From: Candidatus Poribacteria bacterium
Lineage (GTDB): Bacteria; Poribacteria; WGA-4E; PCPOR2b
DNA length: 64,000 nt
NCBI GenBank assembly: GCA_965208325.1
Contig: OZ242326.1
Span: 2,464,001-2,528,000, forward strand
Direction of reading: 5' to 3'
How positions within the stretch are numbered: position 1 is the first letter of the stretch; each line of letters begins with the position of its first letter. The notes below the pieces were generated by a model. The model saw only the letters and a program-made list of their open reading frames with translations, ran no database searches and was not told the DNA's origin. The translations under genes and the position numbers were made by a program. Positions 1 through 9,700 of this stretch are shown here, one piece after another.

Positions 1-421
1 AGCCATGCTGCACAAAGCCGTGCCGGAATCCAAGTTTTTCGTTGAATTGCCGCCTGACAAAGATTACACCATTCGCCGGGCTTACAATTCCGCATTCGAT
101 TCCATGCGCAAAAAGCACCGGTTCGAAACACCGTTGGGTTTCCATTCCCAAACGCAGAAGAAGGAGGCGCGTATCGAAACGCTGGAACCCTCAATAAAAA
201 ACGGCTGGCTCGCCTTCAACGAGGTCGGCCTGCCCGGCGAGTTCTGGAAACAGTTCCGCGAGTTCCCGACCGCCGATCACAACGACGCCCCGGACGCCGT
301 GCAGGGCGCATGCCGCGCGCGTATCTACAAATCTGAACGAATCCGCAACGCTAGACGGTATCAAGACCCCGATCTCGAAGAATGGTACCGTGTAAACAGA
401 TACAGAACCGTGCGCTTTTAA
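1..421 (+). CDS. Phage terminase large subunit, C-terminal nuclease domain (5'-truncated by window edge)
   Basis: KKEARIETLEPSIKNG...KQFREFPTADHNDAPDAVQGA matches the TerL C-terminal pattern K..RI..L.P...G / FP...HDD.PDA. Confidence 0.7.
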   Translation, partial: AMLHKAVPESKFFVELPPDKDYTIRRAYNSAFDSMRKKHRFETPLGFHSQTQKKEARIETLEPSIKNGWLAFNEVGLPGEFWKQFREFPTADHNDAPDAVQGACRARIYKSERIRNARRYQDPDLEEWYRVNRYRTVRF

Positions 422-439
422 CCCCCAAAATTAAAATTT

Positions 440-472
440 CTCCCCCTTACCAAGGGGGAGCTAGAGGGGGTT
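440..472 (+). repeat. Intact REP-like palindrome CTCCCCCTTACCAAGGGGGAG-CTAGAGGGGGTT
   Basis: Perfect 9-bp inverted arms around a 3-nt loop; the same motif is reconstituted at both IS4 insertion sites. Confidence 0.8.
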
Positions 473-661
473 CGGTGAAACACAATAATGTGGGAGAGGC
501 TTCCCAGCCTCGATAATCAATCTGTCCATTCATCCTGTCGCAAGTATGAACCGACATGACCGTAGAGGAAATTCGAAACAACGCAAAAAATAATGCAACA
601 CAAACCTTCGTTTTTACGGTTGTTTGGCGCCAACAATCACAAAATCCTCCCCCTTTACAAG

Positions 662-2315
662 CTTACTATTACCCACAAGTCATGTAATCTGGAAGGTGAG
701 CGTTTTTTTGCGTCTCTTATTTGCCTAACATGATTGCGTGCAAGTTAGGCGGGTAACATATCGGAATCGAGAATCAGTATTTGCTTGGCGAAAGCAAATG
801 TGATAAATTCGAGGGGCTAGGTTACCGAAAATCATAACGACCTCACTACGAAATTGGAGTCAACTATGCCTTCAAACCATGATGAGTTCAAGCTCCCTTG
901 GAGTCGCCAAGAATTTGGGACGATTCATTTGGGAGATAAACGTCTCACTGAGCGACTGATTGATGTCGCCGAAGAATTATCAGGCTATCCGCAATCCTCC
1001 ATCAACGCTGCCTGTGGTGATTGGGCAGCCACAAAAGCAGCTTATCGTTTATTTGATAACCAGAAGGTCACAGCAGAAAAAATTCTAGTGCCTCACTTTC
1101 AACGTACTGTTGAACGAATGAGTGAACATCAACGTGTTTTTGCAGTACAGGATACGACCTATCTGAATTACACGCATCACCCGTTGACCGAGGGCTTAGG
1201 TCCAATTGGGACAAAGTCGCAGCAAATCTACGGGTTTGTCAAACACACGACGCTAGTGCTCACTGAGTCGGGATTGCCATTGGGGTGACTCACGGATAAA
1301 GTTTGGGTCCGGGAAGATTCCGAGCAAACCGTTCGCAAAACCAATCCGCCACTGACTGAAAAAGAGAGTTACAAATGGATTGAAGCGTTAAATGAAATCA
1401 AAGCGCAAACTCCAGCAGGGGTTGAGGTAATTTCCATCTGTGACCGTGAAGCCGATATTTATGAATTTTTTGTTGAATCACAAGACACACCCTTCGTGAT
1501 TCGAGCGGTTCAGAATCGAATTGTTGATGATGAGCTGGGTAAACTCAATCCCTTGGTCAAAAGTCAACCTGCTTCCGGTATGCTAGTTGTTAAGGTACCC
1601 GCTCGTGGGAACCAAGCATCTCGTGAGGCTACGGTCAGTGTTCATTTTACGGCAACGACGCTGGTTCCTCCCTATCGTTCGCAGGCGTCACAATCGCCAA
1701 ATCTACCTGCAATTGAGGTGAATGTCATCTGGGTAGCAGAGGTGAATCCACCCGCGAGGGCAACCCCGATTGAATGGCTGTTAATCACGAATGTAGAAGT
1801 GGCCAATTTTTCGGACGCTCTGGAACGAATACGTTGGTACAGTTTAAGATGGCAAATTGAAGTCTATTTCAAGGTCCTCAAATCCGGCACCAAAATCGAA
1901 TCGTGCCGTCTGCAAACTAAAAGTCGGCTTTTACGATACTTTGCGCTAACCAGTGTGATTGCGTGGCGGTTGTACTGGCTGACGATGATGAACCGCCATG
2001 CCCCGACTGCGGATTGTAGGTGTGTGCTAACATCTGATGAGTGGAAAGCGCTCTATTGTGTGTCTCATCGGCGTAGCACTTTGCCCAAGCAAATTCCTAC
2101 CGTTTCTGAGGTAGTGATTTGGATTGCCAAGCTCGGTGGTTTTTTAGCGCGCAGGTCCGACGGTGAGCCTGGGGTGACTGTTATCTGGCGAGGGTGGCAG
2201 CGGTTAAGAGATATTTCTGACACCTTTCGCCTTTTTCACAGTGTCGAATTGAACGATAGTTCTTAGCACTAACATAGAAAACCACTACCTCCGAAGACTT
2301 GTGGGTAATAGTAAG
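662..2315 (+). mobile_element. IS4-family (IS50/Tn5-like) insertion sequence, copy 1, 1654 bp
   Basis: 20-bp perfect terminal IRs CTTACTATTACCCACAAGTC / GACTTGTGGGTAATAGTAAG; 9-bp target duplication CTTTACAAG at 653-661 and 2316-2324. Confidence 0.95.
866..2266 (+). CDS. IS4-family DDE transposase with one in-frame TGA (1286-1288, codon 141 of 466)
   Basis: ORFs 854..1288 and 1496..2266 are in the same frame and the intervening sequence is open (LTDKVWVR...EKESYKW...ICDREADIYE); catalytic QDTT, CDREAD and YSLRWQIEVYFK (YREK) motifs intact. Confidence 0.85.
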
Positions 2316-2468
2316 CTTTACAAGGGGGAGTTAGAGGGGGTAGGGTTCAAGACTAAATCCCAGATCGAATCCTCAATTCAAGCCAGTATACTAGATGTCT
2401 CTCTGCCTTCACTCTTGACTTCTGTTTTGCCATAATGCAATAATCTAGTAAAACCAATCCGAAAAACA

Positions 2469-5400
2469 ATGCCAACCCTCAACCTAAAACCCACCCACAA
2501 ACCCATCAAAAACTACTACGCCGCGCTCGATCAATTCGACCGCCTCGGCGTTACGCACGAATCCGCCGTCCGCTCGGCATTTCAATCCCTGCTCCAGCAC
2601 TGTGCGCGACAGTTTAATTGCACGCTTGTGCCCGAACATTCGACAACCGGACGTAAAAACAATCGGATTATTGTTGACGGTGCGTTGATGGACGATTTTC
2701 GGTTGACGCACGGCTATTGGGAAGCGAAGGATGAAGATGACGACTTGCCTTCTGAAGTGGTACGCAAGTTTAAGAGGGGTTATCCCCGTGACAACATCCT
2801 TTTCCAAGAACCGTACCGTGCCATTCTCTGGCAGAACGATCGCCAGACGCTTGATGCGGATTTGAGAGATCCTCCGCAACTGATAAGCACGCTTGAAAGA
2901 TTCTTTTCCTACCGCCCGGAAGAGTACACCGAGTGGGAGGAGGCGGTCGCACATTTCAAAGTGGTCGTGCCCGCACTCGGACATGAATTGGCGAAACTCA
3001 TACAGACAAAACGCGATACCAATCGTCAATTCAAGATCGCCTTTGAGGAATTTTACGAGAACTGTCGTCTAGCCATCAATCCCAATCTCTCCGAAGCCGC
3101 AGTCGAGGAGATGTTGATTCAGCACCTCTTGACAGAACAAGTATTCCGCACTGTCTTCGGTAACCCCGACTTCACCCGCCGCAACGTCATCGCCATAGAA
3201 ATCGAGAAGGTGATAGACGCACTAACATCGCAGGCGTTCAGCCGTCAAGATTTTTTGAGTCCCCTTAACACTTTCTACGCGAAAATTGAACGCACTGCGG
3301 CCACCATTGATGATTTTTCGCAAAAACAAGGCTTTCTCAACACCGTCTACGAGCAGTTTTTTCAGGGCTTTTCGGTGAAAGTTGCCGACACGCACGGAAT
3401 TGTCTACACGCCGCAGCCGATCGTCGATTTCATGGTGAGAAGCGTTGAAGAGATTCTAAAGAATGAGTTCAATCGATCGCTCTCCGATACCGGCGTAAAT
3501 ATCATTGACCCGTTTGTGGGCACCGGCAATTTCATCGTACGAATCATGCGCGAGATTCGCAAGACTGCGCTGGCACTAAAATATGCGAAAGAATTACACT
3601 GCATCGAGGTAATGCTGCTGCCCTACTACATTGCGTCAATGAACATTGAGCACGAGTTTTACGACGCGACAGGGATGTATCGTCCCTACGAGCTCATTTG
3701 CTTCGCGGACACTTTCGAGTCGGTGGATGACCCAGAATACCATGAAACATCGCTGTTCGCGGAAAAAAATACCCGCCGCTTTGAAAATCAGAAAGAGACG
3801 CCGATGTTTGTGGTTATCGGCAATCCCCCCTATAACATCGGTCAGGTTAACGAACACGACAATAACAAAAACCGGAAATACCCAGCGATTGATTCGCGGA
3901 TCGCAAGCACGTATGTTAATGACTCCAAAGCGATGCTAAAAACTGCACTTTACGACCCGTATGTGAAGGCTATTTCTTGGGCATCTGAAAGGATTGAACA
4001 GGAGGGAGTTGTCGCCTTCGTAACCAACAACAGTTTTCTTGATGGTGTGGCATTTGACGGGATGCGAAAGCACCTAGCGGCTGATTTCGACGCAATTTAC
4101 ATCCTCGACTTAGGCGGGAATGCTCGGAAGGGACTGAAGGTCTCGGATACGAATGTGTTCGGGATTCGAGTCGGGATAAGCATCAGTTTTTTAATCAGAA
4201 GGCGTTATAATTCAAACTCCCTTGCCGAAATTTTCTACGCCCGAGTTGATGAATTTTGGAACAAGGCGGAGATTTTCCAGCATCTCAATTCAATAGTACA
4301 CTACAGAAACATCGAATGGAAGCCAATTACGCCCGACCATCGAAATTCATGGCTCACCGAAGGGCTCCACACTGAGTTTGAGAGCTATATTTCGATGGGG
4401 ACTAAGGCCACAAAAGCTTCGAAAGGTGAGTCAGTCGACGCGATTTTTAAGATTTATAGCGGCGGTGTTAAAACTAATCGAGATGCGTGGGTGTACAATT
4501 TCAACAAAAAAGCGCTCGCTGAAACCATGAACGGGTTGATCGGAACTTTCGCGGTGGAGGCTGATAGATGGAAACGTCGCAAGAATTGGGACGTCACAGT
4601 TGATGACTTCGTGATTTACGATAGCACGAAAATCAAGTGGAGTTCAAGCTTAAAAAAGAAACTCGTAGGCGGTCAAATTGCAGAATTTTCAAACGCAAAA
4701 ATTAGGCGATCTTTCTATCGCCCATTCGTGATAGCGAATCTCTACTTTGATCGTATGGCAATCGATCGTGTACTCGTATTTCCATCTATTTTCCCAACAC
4801 CGGAAACCGAAACCAACAACAGAGTGATTTGTGTTGCTGGCGTTGGCGATAGAAAAGGCTTCGGTTGCTTTATTACCAACGGGATACCTGCCTTTGATCT
4901 GGCCTTTGAAAAAGCCCAATGTTTCCCTTTCTACACCTACGACGAGGACGGCTCAAACCGACGCGAAAACATCACCGCTTGGGCATTGTCACAATTCAGA
5001 GAGCATTACCGAGACATCGACATCGGCAAATGGGACATCTTTCATTACGTCTACGGTCTGCTGCATCATCCAGAATATCGGGAGCGGTACGCCGCGAATC
5101 TCAAGCGCGACCTCCCGCGTCTCCCCTATGCGCCCGACTTCTGGGGTTTTGCCAAAGCAGGCAAACGCCTGGGGGAAATCCACGTCGGTTATGAAAACGT
5201 GGGTGAATATCCGCTCGACCCAATCGAAACGCCGGATACACAGCTTGATTGGCGCGTAGAGAAGATGAAATTATCCAAGGACAAAACCCAAATAAAATAC
5301 AACAACTTCCTTACCCTCGACGGGATTCCTGCAAAGGCGTTTAACTATCGCCTAGGAAACCGATCGGCGTTGGAATGGGTAATTGACCAGTACCGTGTCA

Positions 5401-5570
5401 AGACCGACAAACGCAGCGGCATCGTCAACGACCCCAACCGCGGCGACGACCCGCAATACATCGTCAAACTCATCGCCAAAGTAATCACCGTCAGCCTCGA
5501 AACCGTCGACATTGTGGAAAATTTACCCGACTTGGGAATCCAAGAATTCTCCCGTGACATAGGGGGCTAA
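2469..5570 (+). CDS. Type ISP/IIG-like restriction-modification enzyme (PD-(D/E)xK nuclease + N6-adenine MTase + C-terminal TRD, no helicase)
   Basis: IVDGAL...YWEAKD nuclease motif; GIVYTP, motif I DPFVGTGNF, motif IV GNPPY; C-terminal SGGVKTNRDAWVYNF / YRPF / SALEWVIDQY typical of the Type ISP C-terminal domain. Confidence 0.85.
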   Translation: MPTLNLKPTHKPIKNYYAALDQFDRLGVTHESAVRSAFQSLLQHCARQFNCTLVPEHSTTGRKNNRIIVDGALMDDFRLTHGYWEAKDEDDDLPSEVVRKFKRGYPRDNILFQEPYRAILWQNDRQTLDADLRDPPQLISTLERFFSYRPEEYTEWEEAVAHFKVVVPALGHELAKLIQTKRDTNRQFKIAFEEFYENCRLAINPNLSEAAVEEMLIQHLLTEQVFRTVFGNPDFTRRNVIAIEIEKVIDALTSQAFSRQDFLSPLNTFYAKIERTAATIDDFSQKQGFLNTVYEQFFQGFSVKVADTHGIVYTPQPIVDFMVRSVEEILKNEFNRSLSDTGVNIIDPFVGTGNFIVRIMREIRKTALALKYAKELHCIEVMLLPYYIASMNIEHEFYDATGMYRPYELICFADTFESVDDPEYHETSLFAEKNTRRFENQKETPMFVVIGNPPYNIGQVNEHDNNKNRKYPAIDSRIASTYVNDSKAMLKTALYDPYVKAISWASERIEQEGVVAFVTNNSFLDGVAFDGMRKHLAADFDAIYILDLGGNARKGLKVSDTNVFGIRVGISISFLIRRRYNSNSLAEIFYARVDEFWNKAEIFQHLNSIVHYRNIEWKPITPDHRNSWLTEGLHTEFESYISMGTKATKASKGESVDAIFKIYSGGVKTNRDAWVYNFNKKALAETMNGLIGTFAVEADRWKRRKNWDVTVDDFVIYDSTKIKWSSSLKKKLVGGQIAEFSNAKIRRSFYRPFVIANLYFDRMAIDRVLVFPSIFPTPETETNNRVICVAGVGDRKGFGCFITNGIPAFDLAFEKAQCFPFYTYDEDGSNRRENITAWALSQFREHYRDIDIGKWDIFHYVYGLLHHPEYRERYAANLKRDLPRLPYAPDFWGFAKAGKRLGEIHVGYENVGEYPLDPIETPDTQLDWRVEKMKLSKDKTQIKYNNFLTLDGIPAKAFNYRLGNRSALEWVIDQYRVKTDKRSGIVNDPNRGDDPQYIVKLIAKVITVSLETVDIVENLPDLGIQEFSRDIGG
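5442..5537 (+). repeat. Direct repeat copy A (3' end of RM gene)
   Basis: 5448-5524 is identical (77 bp) to 11787-11863, with near-identity a few bases further on both sides. Confidence 0.95.
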
Positions 5571-5659
5571 GGGCCCCTGTGGCGTCAGGGTTTGTCGGGT
5601 GTTCGGACATTACTCTATTACGCTTCTATTACGCTGAAACAACACACCTCTTTGTTTAT

Positions 5660-6751
5660 ATGCGCACTCAACAAATTTTCACACCTGAAGAACGAGATGA
5701 AAACGCTAAGCGAAAGCGCGAGTTGATTAAGCTTGTTGTTTCAGGAGAGGCTGTTCTCATCGTTGGCGCTGGAAGTAGTGTGCGTGTTGGATTTCCTGAT
5801 TGGCCGTGTCTACTAACAGAACTGGAAGATTTAGCTATAAAATGGGGCGATAGTTTTAAATTAGATGAAATTAAACGCGAAAACGACCCATTGACATATG
5901 TTGAGGACATTAAATCACACATTTACGATAAAACGAGCAACCTAGATAGATATTATAATTTGCTTTATGAGTTATTTGGTCGTCGTCTCGCTTCAGTTGA
6001 TGATTTCCACAAGATGCTAGTGTCATTACCCTTCAAAGGAATCCTAACCACAAATTACGATACTGTGCTTGAAGCAGCATTAACCGAGATAGATCCGTCG
6101 CCACTTGCTTCTGCAAATTCCTTAGTTATTGATGGAGGTTTTGCCGCACCAGTTCGTGAATTTCTCATGGCTATGGTTGATTCAAGTGTCCCTCGACGCA
6201 TTGCTCACTTGCACGGAAGGTATGACAATTGGGATAATATCATTCTGAGTCGCAAGGATTATCAAAGAGCTTATGAAGGGACTTCCGATTCGAAGCCTAC
6301 CGATACTAATCAGGCGCATACGGATTCTGCGTGGACGCTTCATCGAAAATTGTTATGGGCTCTTTTGGCGACTCGTCGCGTTGTTTTTATTGGTTTTAGC
6401 ATGTGCGATCCCTATTTCAACGGTATGTTAGATGTCGTTAGCAATGATTTATGGCGATGGGATAAAGCCACTCACTACGCAATAATGAGTATTTCCCCTG
6501 AAAAAACTGAGTATTCAAAAGCAAAGAAAATCAAACGTGATTACGGAATTGACACTGTCTTTTACGAGGATTTTGACAACTCCCACCAAGGTTTGGATGG
6601 TATCGTCACGGAAATAGCTGAACGATGCAATGTTGAGGAACAACCAGCGATTGCAACAACTGAGACCCAGTCGTCAAGAGATGAAGAAGTACTGAATTGG
6701 CTAGAACAAATGAATCAACGCGTGGAAAGGACAATTGACGGTGAGAATTAA
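5660..6751 (+). CDS. SIR2-like (SIR2_2) protein, putative NADase effector
   Basis: LIVGAGSS, ILTTNYD, IAHLHG, VVFIGFSMCDP sirtuin motifs; start placed at ATG 5660 (ORF track extends to 5579). Confidence 0.88.
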   Translation: MRTQQIFTPEERDENAKRKRELIKLVVSGEAVLIVGAGSSVRVGFPDWPCLLTELEDLAIKWGDSFKLDEIKRENDPLTYVEDIKSHIYDKTSNLDRYYNLLYELFGRRLASVDDFHKMLVSLPFKGILTTNYDTVLEAALTEIDPSPLASANSLVIDGGFAAPVREFLMAMVDSSVPRRIAHLHGRYDNWDNIILSRKDYQRAYEGTSDSKPTDTNQAHTDSAWTLHRKLLWALLATRRVVFIGFSMCDPYFNGMLDVVSNDLWRWDKATHYAIMSISPEKTEYSKAKKIKRDYGIDTVFYEDFDNSHQGLDGIVTEIAERCNVEEQPAIATTETQSSRDEEVLNWLEQMNQRVERTIDGEN

Positions 6752-9700
6752 ACGAGAGAAACTACTCAAAGATCTTCGGAACTTTGCCTCTCAAGGAAAC
6801 GGAGTCATTATCGGCAGTCCTGGCGTCGGGAAAACATACTTGCTTAACGAACTCCGTCAGAATCTAATATCTGCTGGAATACCGCATCTCCTGCTACCGA
6901 TTGACCAACTCGGGGATGGCGCCGATAAAACTTTACGACAAGCATTGTCTTTCGAAGGCGATTTAATCGAAAAGTTGCTATCTGTTCCAGTTTCCGACAA
7001 AAAACCAATGTTACTATTTGATGCCTTCGATGCCGCTCGAAATGAACAGACACGCCAGCGATTTCTTCAACTGATTCGACGTGCAATTCAAGAACTCAGC
7101 GCTTGGAATGTCGTGGTCACAGTCCGTACCTATGACGCAAAAAAATCCCAAGAGTTATTAGACCTATTTGGCGGCACTCTTGATCCCGATTTACATCAAT
7201 ACCAAAATACAGCGATTTTGTGCCGACATTTCACTATTCCGCGGTTGAATGAGGCTGAGATTCAACAAGCCCTTAACCAGATGCAGTGTCCGGAATCAAT
7301 TTACAATTCTGGTTCTAAGGAATTTAAGCCGCTTTTTGCAATCCCATTTAACCTTTGGCTACTGGAGAAGATCCTAAAAACCTCACCGGATTTCGATTGT
7401 TTTAGTCATATTCGCTCTGAAGTCCAACTACTAAGCTTTTTTTGGCAACGGCGAATTGAGGGCGAAAACAATGGAGAGCATCGTCGATTTGTTCTTGAAC
7501 AAATTTCACACCGGATGGTTGAAGACAATTCATTGAGCGTCAGGCAGAACGACGTTTATAACGATCTGAACCTTGATGTTCCAGCGAGGCAAGGGGCATG
7601 GGACGATTTACTGAGTGATGAAATCTTGGCAAAGGTTTCTTTGACCGGGCAACGGATTGCTTTTTCTCACAACATCCTCTTCGACTACGCAATTAGCGTC
7701 CTACTCATTGATGACGAACCAAAACAACTTGAACGCTTTATCCTTGAAGATCCGTCGCGTCCGCTTTTTCTCCGACCAAGTCTCACCTACTTTTTCACCC
7801 GCCTCTGGCACGATGATCCAGAAACGTTTTGGAGAGCTTTCTGGCACATTTTCCCAAGCAATCAGTCCGTACATATACGCCTATTTGCCCGTTTGATTCC
7901 GACCAGCGTTATCGCAATTGAAGCCCACGTAATTAGCCAATTGACGCCGTTTTTCGATAAACTTAAGAGTGATAAAGAAATTGCCAATCAAGCAGTGATG
8001 TGGCTGTTGCAATCTCTCAATACGCTACAAATTGAACGCGACGAACTCTGGGTTGATTTTTTCGACCAAGTATCGGAAAATTTGCACAGCGACTTCGCGT
8101 GGGATTTGGCAACTATTACCTCTGCGGTGCTTGAGAGGTCAAAGACTGAAGACTCGGTTACCATAAACGCTTGCGGACGGATTGGACGCCGGTTACTCAA
8201 ATGGATTTGGCAAGCGCGAGAGACGAGCGAAAATGACTGGAATAACCGGCTCGGGAGTTCTTGGGCGGTTCCACTCGTCGCCAAGACTTTTGGAAATAAT
8301 CCTAAAGAATCGCGGGTACTGCTGGAAACAGTTCTCGACCTGACGCGGAAAGAAAATTTCACTATAAATTTCCTGATGCGGTTGACTAAACATGTTGACA
8401 GGATTTGGCTTCATGACCCTGAGTTTGTCACTCGAACTTATCTCGTGGTGTTTACTCACAACGAGACTAGCAATGAGATGACGCGCCTAGGCGGCGGTCC
8501 CATATTGCCTCTAGCAAGTACACGCCATCAAGACTACAGCAGTTGCCAGTATTTGTTGATACAGCATTTCCCGAACTTCCTGCGAGCTGCGCCATTATTC
8601 GCGACGCAAACAATGATTCCAATTTTGAACAACTTCATTTCTAAGACATATATCTTCAGTTTTGAAGACCGTGTGGACCGTGAAGATTCGCCCGAGAAGT
8701 TCAATTTTCGTGGAAAGCTTGCCCACTATGTACAGGACTACAGTTGCGAATGGGATAAAGTAGGATATCCTGATGAGCCAATCCAAATGGCAGATTCGTG
8801 GTTTGACTTCATCGCGGAATTGGCGGGGTTGACAGAAGCCCATTTGCTTCTTGATTCCCTACTAGACGTTTTCCGTGATGATGTCCGGGTTGCGTTCTTC
8901 TGGAAACGGCTATTGAAAACAGCGTCTCAATTTCCCGATGTCTTCGCGCCACGTCTGTTTGAACTGTGTATAGCGAAGCCGATACACATGGGTAACGATG
9001 TCCTAGACAATCTTTGTACGTTTTTAAAAGCTGCTGCGTGTCATTTCACGCGTGGGCAACGGCGTCAGATTGAAGAAAGCATTCTGGCGCTCCCCCGCGA
9101 AAGCGGTAACAACCGGCTATTTCTTCACCGTCGTAGAAATCAACTTCTAGAAAAAATCCCTTCGAATTTGTTAATTACGGAGGCTGCAAAGAAAATCCGC
9201 AAAGAATTCGAGCGTGAAAACGATGTCCCCGAAATTCCAACGTCTGCCGGTTTTGAATCTTCCCGTATACAAAATTCGTACGACCATCCTTTCTATCAGG
9301 GTGCTGACTCCGACGTACCTGAGAATCAAGAATTGAAAATCTTGGTTGATTCACTCACTCAATTCAGTTCAGATTGGCTAAATGGCAAACCGACGGAAGA
9401 CGCCGCTGAGTTGATTTTGCCAGAGTTAAGGGCCGCTTACGCCGCAATAAACGAAGACGAGGACATGGATGAGCAGGTATCAGATCGCCTCTGGTACAAA
9501 CTTACCGATTGCGCTGCAATCTTAAGTCGAGTAGTCGATAATACTGAAAGTCCCCTTTTCGATTTCTGCCGCCTAGTACTTTTACACGGCGCAACGCATA
9601 AACTTCCCGAACCGGAATTTGAACGCGATGCTCAATTAAGTTCTTCAAGCTATTCCCCATTTCCTCGACATGAAGCCGCCAAGGGATTACTAAGACTCGC

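Noticed and set aside
1286..1288. Genome-wide UGA reassignment (code 4 or 25) to explain the transposase TGA
   Set aside because: Conserved genes end at TGA at their expected lengths (ABC ATPase 30577, minD 31849, desulfhydrase 37280, epimerase 43199), and TGG is used for Trp
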